From the NCBI GenBank assembly GCA_903813345.2, contig CAIIXF020000001.1:32612056-32676000 (forward strand): 63,945 bases of DNA, in the 5' to 3' direction. Under the pieces are notes generated by a model. The model was given only the letters and a program-made list of their open reading frames with translations. It searched no databases and had not been told where the DNA came from. The position numbers were made by a program, and so were the translations under genes. This document shows positions 50,330 to 62,901 of the stretch, one piece after another (the stretch's first letter is position 1; the number at the start of each line of letters is the position of its first letter). Source of the stretch: Owenia fusiformis (taxonomy: Eukaryota).

Positions 50330-50655
50330 TCACCTCAATGATATCATTTACAAAAGGAAGGCATCCAGTGTGAAGGATGGGACAACTGACTATCATAAAA
50401 ATACCATTGTTTTTTGTCCAACTGTGTCAGTGATGTTTTTGAGTATTTGATGCTTGAGTTGAAAGGAGATTCTTTTGGAGGTCCAATGTCCCTTGATAAC
50501 AAGAGGATTGTTGTTATTATGGTAGAAGTTCAAATGGAGGAGGTCATGTTGGAGAAGTTTCGGATGGTTTGTAGTTTCATAAGGGTCAAGGTTTGCACAA
50601 TTGCTTTTGGCCTTGGTGTTGATATTCGATCCGAATGTTGATCTTGTGAAACATT
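50330..50655 (+). pseudogene. RecQ-like helicase C-terminal (HelicC) fragment
   Basis: NTIVFCPT and IRVKVCTIAFGLGVDI (motifs IV/V). Confidence 0.6.
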
Positions 50656-51040
50656 AAATCGGCTGCATCCCACATAAAATTACTTTTTTGCATAGTAGAT
50701 AATTTGTATTTGCTGCATTATACCTCCATCACTTGAGCCACTATATAATTTGAAAAGGTTTTACAAGAGCCAAAAATATTGTATGACCAAAACAAATAGC
50801 AATTTAAATATTACATCAATATATCTTAATTCAACAAGTATGTTTCTTGTTCATGCACATGAGAATTTGTTTTCCAGGATGGATGATTGAGGGACAGTAG
50901 TGAAGAAAGTGACTTCATTCCATTGCAGTAGAGCACTTCACGAGTTGATATTAATATAGAATTTTTGGAAGGACCAAATGTGACAAGGGAAGGGAAGGAC
51001 AAAATGTGACAAGGGAAGGGAAGGACAGCTTGGCTCAATT

Positions 51041-51250
51041 TTGACACTTTCACATCTTGCTTTCAAAACTTTAGTTGACCATCTTTTGTCAAAATGTGAT
51101 CTGTCATTTAAATCTACAAGAAATCAAATATTAGCTTTAGAGGCACTCTACCAAGGCAAGGATATTGTGGCAGTTTTCCCCACTGGGAGTGGGAAAAGTT
51201 TAATTTATATTCTGTTCCTTATTCCTTTAGACATTCTAAGTAACCAATAA
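51041..51250 (+). pseudogene. RecQ-like helicase N-terminal fragment
   Basis: NQILALEALYQGKDIVAVFPTGSGKSLIY (Q motif plus Walker A). Confidence 0.75.
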
Positions 51251-52037
51251 CATATAAAATACACTTTCTTATCCTGTCCTTTGATTGGCGTATTAGTTGC
51301 ATTGCGCATTAAACATAAAGATTGTTAAAACACTTAAAATAAAACTTTATTTTCATTCAAATATCCCCTCCCCTGCTCTTCATCTGGCAGCACAGCAAGA
51401 TGCCCTATTATCTAGGTGAAAAGCCTATAGACTGATTGGAATAGAACTGTTGGAATAAAATCTATATATTATCAGTTAAAAGTCCCAGACCCCTCCCCAT
51501 GTTGTCTATATATGAAGAATGTTTACACACACAAATCTAAACAAAAAAATATATCATCATGTATCTTGTTGATAAGTCTTGCATATTCATTCAAGATGGG
51601 GTTTTATATATTGGCTGTGCTGTAATAGTGAACAAGAAGTTCAAAATTGGAAAACTCCCAATTTTTTCAATGTGGAGGCATGCAAAGAGGATTGTGAAAC
51701 AAAAATTCACTCGTGCAATTCCCTTGGAATCAATGTCGGGGATGGTTACTTTTTTGGTTCCAGACACCCCCTAACTGATAATATAAAGCTTATTTGCCGA
51801 CATTTATCGTTTAATGTGTTCCCTAAAGTGCTGTTACATTGTAACAATCAATCTAATGGTCATGAAATATTGCAGGCTGGTAGGAATTTGAATGATATTA
51901 CACATGTACCAAATATCAGGGAGTATTTTTCTGAAATGGCAAAAATATGAGGAAAATAGCGGCAGGGTTTTTAACCACCCTGTACATATGAAGTTTGACA
52001 TACAGCTTCAATAACATAATATTCTCTGTTATTTCAG

Positions 52038-52277
52038 ATATGTTCTGGGAGATAGCAGGTATGCCCTGACAGAAAGTCTCATGACCCCAATCACTAATCC
52101 ACTATCGAGAGAAGATGTACGTTTCAATAGGAGGCACAAATGCACTAGAGTTACCATTGAGCAATGTAATGGTGTCCTTTAGAATAGGTGTAGATGTCTG
52201 CAAAAGACCAGATGTCTACCATTTACCTCATCAAAGAAATCCTGCGAAGCCATAGTTGCAAGTGTTGTGATGAAAAT
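52038..52277 (+). pseudogene. PIF/Harbinger (HARBI1-like) DDE transposase fragment
   Basis: After tttcag: VLGDSRYALTESLMTP...RFNRRHKCTRVTIEQCNGVL*NRCRCL. Confidence 0.82.
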
Positions 52278-52279
52278 TC

Positions 52280-53203
52280 ACAGGACGTATATATGAAATA
52301 TGTACCGTACACTGTCCTGTAGCTTCATACAAGAAATATGTGTCGAAACTCAATCCAGAATGAGTGGCTGTGGCAAAGACCACTCAACTCATTTGTTGAG
52401 GATGATATCTGGTACTGCAATTCCCCTCTTGGATGAAATCACTGAGCAAGAAAATGAAAGAAATATCTGCAATGGGAAAGTTAAGTAAAACATACACAAA
52501 CCATTGTATAAGAGCTACATGTATTACAATGCTAGATTCCCTTGGATATGTAGCAAGACATATTAAAGCCATAAGTGGCCACAAGTCCACCACTCAACTC
52601 ATTTGTTGAGGATGATATCTGGTACTGCAATTCCCCTCTTGGGATGAAATCACTGAGCAAGAAAATGAAAGAAATATCTGCAATGGGAAAGTTAAGTAAA
52701 ACATACACAAACCATTGTATAAGAGCTACATGTATTACAATGCTAGACAAATGTCACTGTAAACAAGAAGCGTAAAATATCCGACACTTTAAGTACAGTA
52801 TTACAGGGACCATTACTAGCACTGCCATCAAGCTCTAGCACGCTGCCAGGACAATTACAACTCCCATCTTACTCTTATAGTACTGATAGTACACAAGGTC
52901 CTTTACTAGCACTGCCATCAAGCGCAAGGACAATTACAACTACCGTCTAGCTCTAGTAGTGATATACTTGTTACAACACCATTACAACTCAAGGATAGGG
53001 ATGATGTAGGTGACTTTGGTATAATGGAGGACTTGTGGAATACACCCATTATGACAAGTGACAGTGCTGAAACTGCATCTAAATCCAACAGTAACAACAC
53101 CCAAATCCAACAGTCTGTTACTCTGTCACCAGTCTATGGTGGAAGTCGTGTTATCAAAAACTTTCATTTCTCTAACTGTAGTGTCAACTTTTACACTAAG
53201 TGA
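52280..53203 (+). pseudogene. Crypton-type tyrosine recombinase (DUF3504-like) fragment with an internal 158-bp duplication
   Basis: CPVASYKKYVSKLNP/WLWQRP...WYCNSPLG...YTNHCIRATCITML...ISGHKS; ends FHFSNCSVNFYTK*. 52379-52536 is repeated at 52589-52747. Confidence 0.8.
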
Positions 53204-53859
53204 CATTATGATTATTGAACATTGACTGCTTTTTAAAGCATCTCATATGTGTTTGACATGTCTAGTTTGAAAGATTAAACACATTTAACAACATTGAGTA
53301 GATCACTACTTAAAAGGTAATTGCTGTCTGTCACATAATTCTGTATTTTTAGGTCTAATAGGGGTACATAATTTTATGTGTGATAATTAGCATTTAATGA
53401 CTGCACTTATTTTTGGAGCATAATATTACTGGGTGATCTAATTTTAGTCTGAATAAATGTGAAATTTGGAAAGGAAAGACAGAGTTAGTGGGGAAGTGTA
53501 GCGAAGGATCTTCAGAGCACTGAGCACTGGTAACTTTCAGTTTGAGACCTATTTGCTCAGAAAAGAAAACCATGCCTAGTATGCAATCAACTAATTGCCA
53601 AAGGCCACATGGGGAGGTATCAGTTATATTTGGAAAAAAACATGTTGAAGAAGACACATGCATATATTTCAATATTTTCTTCTGAATTCAACAATAAATC
53701 GAGAACATATTGTACTGTTCAAAAAGGTTACATTAATAAATGTGACACGTAATCTTGGAAATACGATAATGTCTGTCAATATTGTATTGATTTGTTCCAA
53801 ACCTAGAATTGGAGGCCTAACCTTGGGATATTAGGCTAGGTTTAAGCCTAGATAACATA

Positions 53860-56800
53860 TGTTGTGCGTTTCGGTTCGTGTTTGTGCGAGGTTTATATAT
53901 CCAGATATTGAAATAACGTTTCTAACACAATCCAAGAGATCCAACAGGAGATGTTCGTTCGATGATTGAAGTGGAGTGACTCTCTGATTAGAATGCGTGA
54001 TGTCAGTTATATACCCTCTCTGATGTATCAAGTGTCTTAGCCATATATGGCAAGTGACTCACCATATATGGCAAGGGAACAGAGTGGGAAGTTAGCAATA
54101 CTAGCAAGTGAGTCAGGGTTCAGAGGTCGAGCTGATGATATCATATTAACCCTCCAAAACCCACCACCCAGATACCGTAACACTACCCCCCACGGACAAG
54201 ACACTGTTGACTCCTGTCAACTGAACCAGAGGGCATATAACCTCCATCACCGCATTTCATCAGAATTCAAATCCAAAGTTTATTTATATTTTGAAAAATA
54301 AATGCAAAGACAATCAGTTCTTTGGTTTTTCAATAATGCCCAGAGCAGGTTCAGATTGCAGATGTCATTTTAATTGTTTTGTTGGTTACATATTTGGATA
54401 TGTTAGGTCGGTATTTTTTGATACAATGGTAAATATATATGTAAAGGTCAATGAAATTCAGTCATTTGAAGTTATTGTAGTTTTTTTATTGCTTTACAGA
54501 TTTATGTCTATTAATGTTGTTTTAGAAATTAATCAATCATGACTCTTTCAAAGTTCTACATATCGCTTTGGTTTGGTGAATTGCCAATGAAACATGTCAG
54601 AGATATTATACTTTATTGGACCAGAAATAGCCCCATGAGCTGAACACTTTTTACATGTTCATGGGCGTGTTTGACCATAAATGCTCCTATTTTCTTTTGG
54701 ATATTTGAAACATTGAGATCTATTGCAAGCCATTCGGAAAGGTCTACTCGTTATAATGATATTTTGCTAGTTGTTACCGAAGTATTATAGCTAGTATTTG
54801 CAAGATTTAATAATAAGTTGAATAATCCAATCAAACAAGGGCTTGTTGCTAGACACAAATATTTCCAGACAAGTGTGAATAACAGTTTTGGTATTTCTAC
54901 ACTAAAGCTCAAAATGCCGCAAACAGCTTGGAATGCAGTTAACTTTGAAGTGGGTGTGAAAACTTGAGATGGTTCTTCTCTGCATAATGGGAAAACAGAT
55001 AGTTGAGAGAGTTATTTATTACTTGTTTTCTTATTTTTAGTCTTTTAATAGTGCTCGTTTCTATCATTTGAGCTTACAGCAAGAGATTATTGCCTATACT
55101 TTGGCATACTTGAAGACTGACTTATATTTAGTTCTGTTGCAGCCTGGATGGTTAGCTATTCGTTAAAGGTTAGCTATGTTGGCATTTCTCAGATATCTTT
55201 AGAGCTATAACTTATCTTATCTTGAACTTAAGTCTAAAGCCTTAAAGTCGAAATATTTGGCCGTAGTGGTATCAATAATCTTCAAATATATTTCAGTATA
55301 AGGAGATACACATGTACACATTTGATTATCACTTTTCTTGGATGATATTGAGGATGGATTCAAAAGTTCATGATCAAATGGCATCAATATTTGCAAAATA
55401 AAGGCAGGAAATGTATAGCTAGTTTTCCATAAATAAGAGTGTAGATCTCTATTTTATTTTCATATTAAATGAAAATTGTGCATATAATTTTATTTGTAAT
55501 TCAGTCATTTTAAGTAATTTGTTTTAATTGCTTTACAGATTTATACTTAGAAATCAATCAATTTAAAGGCTTTCAAAGAAAAGTCTTCTCTTCATAAGGA
55601 AATATTTTGTTAGTTGCTGTAGTAGTACAGTTACCCTTTGCATTCGTTTGACTACACTTCTTAAAAGAGAGCTTCGTCTGTAGTTTAACTAGACTCTGCA
55701 CGCAGGGTAAAGTACAGTATTAGTATATGCGAAACTGAATCTTTGAATATTGAATTTGAAAATGCAGAGTCAATGCGCGAATTAGATGACAATGAAGTAA
55801 CTGATGTTGATGCGTCAATATACATTTATGAGTCCGTGACTTTAGAATATGACATTAAATTGAAAAATGATATTGATCAGTTAAATGAGCTGATAATTGA
55901 TATTGAGTCAATAAATTGTATGTTACTGCACAGTGAAACTGTGGGTATTGAATCTTGCTTTGATGAGTGTACTTTATGCTCATATGACAGTGAACTTGAT
56001 AATGATGAGTATGATAAAATGTTTGAAGATTACTGCGTTGATGATTTAATTAGTGATGATGTAGATGATGGATATGTCATGTGCAATGATAATTCAATTA
56101 GTGACAATTTCGATGATGATGAATATGTCACTTGTAATGATACAAATGATGACGAGACTTGTAGTATCCATTTCGTAAGAAAGGCGGATGGAGCTAGGCT
56201 GGCAACCTCTCTTGACCTTGATGTGACAAACGAGTTCCATGTCAAGGACAATGCTACAGAGTCAAATGATATATTTTATTACAAGTGTGATCTGCAGAGT
56301 GATTCAGATTCCAATATTATATAAGTTTCAGCTAAAGGTCGAATACTCAAAACAAACTAGTGTTATTTATTACATATTTTTACAGTCTTTGAATGATGAT
56401 GTTGGCTAGCTATTTGTTAAAGGTTAGCAATGTTGGAAATTATCTTTACCTGGATACAGAACATATGGTTCATTTTTAAACAACTGTAACTTATTCTTAT
56501 TTTTGACCTGGATTAAAGTCTAAAAGCCTAGTCAATGCATTACAAGACTCTCTCATATCTGAAATTGTAAGATTTTGGGAATTCCTGTCTAGTTATTTTT
56601 CGATAATATATGACTTTTTGGCAAAGCATTTTAGAGGAATCATTTTAATTGGAGCACCTAGCTGACGAGTTAGCGTGTCCACATTACAGAATTTTTCTAG
56701 AATGATATATTTGGGTCTAGAGCTTTATAATATTTATGGGTGTGTGAAATATTTGTTGAGGAATGAACTTGAATGCTTGATGATGGTGGGGGAGAAAGTA

Positions 56801-59029
56801 AACAGATAAGGGAGAACGAAACAATTTTAATTATATAGCCAGGTAAAGTCCGGAATGGTAGGGGCTGGCTGACCCTTGGGGCCATGATGATCTGGCCGGA
56901 AGTAAGTCCACGACGTCATGTGCTACCCTTTACCTGGGCTAGTATGTAAGACCATGGCAATAAATGAGATATGATATTAGTGCGTATATGATATAAGGTG
57001 CGTAGTGCACTCATTTGTGGGGCTCTAGACTTGACTATATAAAATTCAATGACTTTCTTGACTAAACTGATCACTTGGTCAAGGGATCATTTGACACCCT
57101 TTGAAGTAAAAATGTTATGTTAACTTTAGAGTAGAAACAATATTTTCTTTAAAAATTTTCTTTATCTTGTCTACAAGTATTGTTTTATAACACTTTGGCT
57201 AGAAGGCGGCCATTTTGAAAAGAGAGTGACCATTTTTGAATGGTATAATGGTGAACTTTGAATTTTGATTTTGCAAAAATTGCAGTCATGTTAGTTCGAT
57301 AGGATTTGCTATGCTTTTGGCGTTGCTGTTGTCTAGTTCATTAAAATAATTGAGAGAGATACAAACACAACTGATATTAAAATTTAATCGAAACTGAAAG
57401 AAGTAATGTAATATAAGTGATTATAAGTAAGCAGAAAATAATAGAAATGAAGTTCTTGAAATTAAGGAAGTGAAGAAAATGCTTCTTTGAACTAGGCAGG
57501 AAGTAGGTTAATTGGTATTTTAGTAAGTTATGATGAACTAAAGTTACATTATTTTGGTAATTTATGATGAACTAGTGTTACATTTTGGAACCTTGAACTG
57601 TTGTAGGTTTTGAGGCTTGTGTCATTGTAAGAGTTATGTTTAGTGGAAGGAAGGGATTTTCCAAATATATTACCAGTAGTGGCTGTTTATGTGTGGTATT
57701 GATGTGACACGCCACTATTATGACTCATGTGTTATAAAAATATAAAATTATGATTAAAACAGTATGCCCAGATAAATAAGATCATATTATCTGTGTTCAA
57801 ATAATTAAGTTTTATTAAATTAAGTACATGTATATTACCTATCTTTTCGGCGAAAGCCATTGTTTTTTTTAATTTTCATGGATAAATGTTCTATGTATTG
57901 TTATATGTGGGATTTAGTTTGTCTTTGAGGGGGGTGAGTGTAGCACTTTATAGCACTTGTATTTCCATGTATGTACATGCTGTCTGCTTACGTCATTGCT
58001 TTACAGATTTATGTCTATTAATGTTGTTTTAGAAATTAATCAATCATGACTCTTTCAAAGTTCTACATATCGCTTTGGTTTGGTGAATTGCCAATGAAAC
58101 ATGTCAGAGATATTATACTTTATTGGACCAGAAATAGCCCCATGAGCTGAACACTTTTTACATGTTCATGGGCGTGTTTGACCATAAATGCTCCTATTTT
58201 CTTTTGGATATTTGAAACATTGAGATCTATTGCAAGCCATTCGGAAAGGTCTACTCGTTATAATGATATTTTGCTAGTTGTTACCGAAGTATTATAGCTA
58301 GTATTTGCAAGATTTAATAATAAGTTGAATAATCCAATCAAACAAGGGCTTGTTGCTAGACACAAATATTTCCAGACAAGTGTCTGATCGTGGAGATCAG
58401 TGGGTTCAACCTGCAGCTCTAAAGATATCTGAGAAATGCCAACATAGCTAACCTTTAACGAATAGCTAACCATCCAGGCTGCAACAGAACTAAATATAAG
58501 TCAGTCTTCAAGTATGCCAAAGTATAGGCAATAATCTCTTGCTGTAAGCTCAAATGATAGAAACGAGCACTATTAAAAGACTAAAAATAAGAAAACAAGT
58601 AATAAATAACTCTCTCAACTATCTGTTTTCCCATTATGCAGAGAAGAACCATCTCAAGTTTTCACACCCACTTCAAAGTTAACTGCATTCCAAGCTGTTT
58701 GCGGCATTTTGAGCTTTAGTGTAGAAATACCAAAACTGTTATTCACACTTGTCTGGAAATATTTGTGTCTAGCAACAAGCCCTTGTTTGATTGGATTATT
58801 CAACTTATTATTAAATCTTGCAAATACTAGCTATAATACTTCGGTAACAACTAGCAAAATATCATTATAACGAGTAGACCTTTCCGAATGGCTTGCAATA
58901 GATCTCAATGTTTCAAATATCCAAAAGAAAATAGGAGCATGTATGCTAAAACAGTTATGATGTATAACGATGTATATAATGTAAAAACTGATGATATATG
59001 AAGACAAACACGAACCGAAACGCACAACA
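53860..59029. mobile_element. 5.2-kb segment bounded by 26-bp TG...CA inverted termini, containing near-identical direct and inverted duplications
   Basis: TGTTGTGCGTTTCGGTTCGTGTTTGT at 53860 and its reverse complement ending at 59029. 54488-54876 = 57995-58383 (direct). 54681-55206 = reverse complement of 58415-58940. No TSD seen. Confidence 0.5.
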
Positions 59030-59186
59030 TTAAAACGTATTCTATTGTAATTTACTTAACTTTGTCCAAACAATACTGTCGTCTTCACCCAGTTGTTTAT
59101 TTCATAGCAGTGAAAGGAAGATGGCTCTGTGGAGTCTTGCTGAAGTTGAAGTGTTAGTGTCAGAGGTCTCAAGAAACAAAGACATA

Positions 59187-59400
59187 CAGTACAGGTCACG
59201 CCGAGGATCTCACCTCGGTGCATCGAAAGGTGCATCGAATGACGCATCGATCGGTGCAACGATCGGTACGACATCGGTGCACCGAGCTGCATCGCTGCGC
59301 ATTTAATCGATGCATCGATCGGCAAGCTTAACACGCCGACCGACGCATTCCTCGGTGCATCGTGCAACGTGCATCGGTGGTTCGAGTAATGCATCAATAG
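59187..59400 (+). mobile_element. Second copy of the CpG-rich TGCATCGA repeat family
   Basis: TA|CAGTACAGGTCACGCCGAGGATCTCA start as at 12507. Confidence 0.6.
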
Positions 59401-62400
59401 AGACAGAATATTAAGACAATTTAATTATGCAGAAGGCCCACGCCAATAAATGAATTTTGATATTAATAGTTCTTGAAACCAAACTTCAAAAACATGCCGC
59501 AGAAAAGAACGGGGGTCAAGACGCGTTCACAGATTTAAATTAATTAATAACAGTTAACTGTCAGACTGTCAGTCGAATGTAAAGGTACACTTATGTTTGC
59601 AAGCAACGCATTTGTGTAATGCAATGAAACATTTCGATATTCTTTTCAGATAAACAGAAACTATATACGAAAATATGAATTATTTTACTTCAAACATTAT
59701 GTTTAAGTCCACATAATAATGAAATAGCCTAATCCCTTCTTGTTTAATGGGACGTTTAAAAGCAAACCATTATTATAATGGAGCTATCTAGATTTCAGCC
59801 CTGAATATACCAAAGTACCGTGTACCTGTGTCATACTACAAATAGCATTAGACGTTAATACAATGTTCAGTATTTAAAACAAGGCCTCTGGTTTTCATGA
59901 TATTTTCATTTTAGACATGTTTGAGTATTTTGAACGTTTAAAAGCAAACCATTATTATTATGGAGCTATCACACTTATGACATAAGGGCTCATCGTTCGA
60001 CAACGTGTGAATACTCTGCTTGGGCAGACAGCGGGACACGGCATGTATACACGATGGGCAAAACAAATATCTAGATATATCCAGTAACACCAAATTAAAA
60101 AATAATTAATAAAAAAATGTATGCCCCAAATAACCACTCAGTGGTAAACGGTGAGCCCATATAGCAAATGTGACACTGTGACAGCTACTTTTTGTTATTG
60201 ATTTTAAAATACCCATCCCACATTAATTGAGCCTGCATGCCCCATCTTACATAATTTAAGCAAGTTCAACATTTAACCCAGGCCCGTTGTTAAAACATTT
60301 GATGTCTCAGTCACCATTTGATATCTCATCTGCTAAATATTATATTCTTTTTTACAGGTTCTCTCAATGAATGGAATGCTGCAAACATGACGGACGTGTG
60401 AATTTTGGGGTTACGCATGGACACATGCGAGGAGGACACAACGTAGAGAAAAGCGGGGGTCTTCACTCAGGAAATGTGTAAAACGCATCCTGCATCCTGG
60501 GATTCAGCAGAAACAGTTCCGAAATAATTCAGAACTAAGGTTGTATTCATCAATTCAGCTGCCGGCTGGAGGTTTAACCTACTTTTTATCAGTGGCAAAT
60601 TCAATTACTTATAGTGGCAGGTACTACTCATGAGTTAAATGAGTTGAATTCCCCTGCCAGATGACGGCTGGTGGTTTAACCTAGTTTTTAAGCCATTTTA
60701 AACATAAATGAAGGAATAGTGACAGTCACTATTCATATTTAAATGACTTGGACATGAATTAGCCTAGTTGGTGAATCTGTCAGCTGTCAGTTGAATTGGC
60801 GAATGCTACCTCGGCGCCCAACAATGTGTTCATACCCGGGTGTTTATACTTCATGTTATGCATGCAGTTTCTTGTTCTATTGTTAACACTTAAAAGTTAA
60901 TAATTAAGGGTTTAATTTATCTTCCAGGTATTCATAAATAGTTGGCGTAGGTCTGTTGACGGTGATGATGACAATTTTGATGACGAGGTCTACATTCATT
61001 TCGAATAATTAATCTTTAGGCATTTTGCGTACTGTTTTTAAGTTTATACATTTTTAATTCATTAGAGCTAGCATTCTAATTTATCAGAGCCATGCACTAG
61101 AATGCTTGAAAGAGAGAGTCTTCATATTCAAAAATAGTAAAGGCTGATAATTCAACGATTTAACGCTAGCTTTACATTTCCTTTGCTTTGTTTTATAAGA
61201 AGGTTGAGTTACACTTTTTTAAAAGAACTTGTACCCGAACGTGTACTATTTCGTTCCCGGCCGGGGAATACTGTTCCACTCTCATATTCACTTGGGACTG
61301 TTTTCCGTATGCCCTTATACTCAATCGGCCAAGTAAACAGTACACATGGGAGAAATAATTATCTAAAGAACCACGTTCACGTACAAGTTTTTTTTAAGAA
61401 ACGTGTGTTTTAACCCTATTATCACCTTAGCAGACGGGGACAAACTCTTGCAAAAATACATGTAGATTATTACAGCACGATTATAGATAAAACAGATTTT
61501 TTTAATCAAGCTTATTACTTTTGTGCTTCTTTAATCAATGACGTTTTCAACGGTTAATTGTGTTGATTTGTTGTTAAATTTTTTTATCTATTTTTGACTT
61601 ATAGTTGTTTTCCAAAATTCTTGTTTTCATTTCTTGTGACAGTTATTTTTTCATATCTTTGTGCATGGCTACCTGCATGTAGCATGATGATTGACCGGGA
61701 ATAATCTGACGGGGATAGACGTCCATGATTATAACAGAGGCATATAAAGTCAAATGAAAAATTATTAATATGCCTCTGATTATTATGAGACTGAATATTG
61801 GATACAAGACTGCTCGTATATCCATGGGAGGATGTAAGGGTTATTGTTGTGTCACCATCAGAATCGGTGAGACAAATGACATATTGTTATAGTCTCCAAC
61901 TTTTTGTGGACGGTGTTCGATGGTTTGTGTTCGGAGTTCGGCGGTTGGTATTTTAAAAACTGGTCTGAACGGTCATTATTCATGACTCCCACAATTTGAC
62001 ATCTTTAATCAGTAACTAAACAAAACAAATACTAATTAACTGTCTGGAGCATGGCGATCTCTTTCCGGCACAAACAGGATATTTTGATTTCTTAAAATTT
62101 GTTGTATAAACAAGTATAATCTTTTTTCTTCATCGTCTGCAAATACATGAAATATGCATTTAAATTAAGCCAGGGTACCCCGATGAATGTACTGCATGCG
62201 TCGTGCATGTACTGTATGTACTGTCTTGCCTGTAGCCAGCTTTTTCCAATGGGGGGTAGCCATTGCCAAGTAGAGTAACTTTTGACAGTTTTGGCGAAAA
62301 AATCATGCAAAAAGTGATCAGAATGGTGAAAAATTGCATGGTTTGAAAGGTTTTTAGGCCGGGGGGGGGGGGGGGGGGGGGGGCAACCGCTTCCAAAGTT

Positions 62401-62668
62401 TTTGCAAGTCGCTTCAAATTGACCATAAAAATTACAAGTTCTCACGATTAGATCAAACTTTTTTAACTTGCTTCAAATTGATTAGGGGAAATTTAAAATT
62501 ATCAGTTCCAACTGGACATTGTACATGTACATGTACGATGCATAACACTCTCTGACCAGATAATGATTCAATTTCTCAATTTTCAAATTAAAAGTAGCAA
62601 AAGCTAGCGTCATATTGGTCCTCAGACGCTCTTCCCAGCAAAAAGTTGTGAGTTATTTTGATACACAG

Positions 62669-62901
62669 CGGGGGCGTAGCCAGCTTTCAGTCAGGTTGCC
62701 CGTGGGGCGATCGTGGCATGAGCAAGGCAAAAACAATTTTCTTCAAGATTTGTTTTGAATTTTACAAGAATTGATGCAACTGCCTTCAAAAGCGAGCTAG
62801 GCGCTTTCAATATATAGCATTTTAAAGCTCTTTTCTTCTATCCAATGGTTCTATTTTTATTGGTTATCGGGGTCGCACCCATCCCCCTGACTACGCCTAT
62901 G
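62669..62901 (-). mobile_element. MITE of the CATAGGCGTAGCC family
   Basis: CGGGGGCGTAGCCAGCTTTCAGTCAGG...CTACGCCTATG. Flanks CACAG / CATAG (5 bp, 1 mismatch). Homologous to 16925-17141. Confidence 0.8.

Noticed and set aside
59752..59970. 37-bp direct repeat, similar to local duplications at 5581/5891 and 3551/3921
   Set aside because: Ordinary local duplications with no element structure between the copies.
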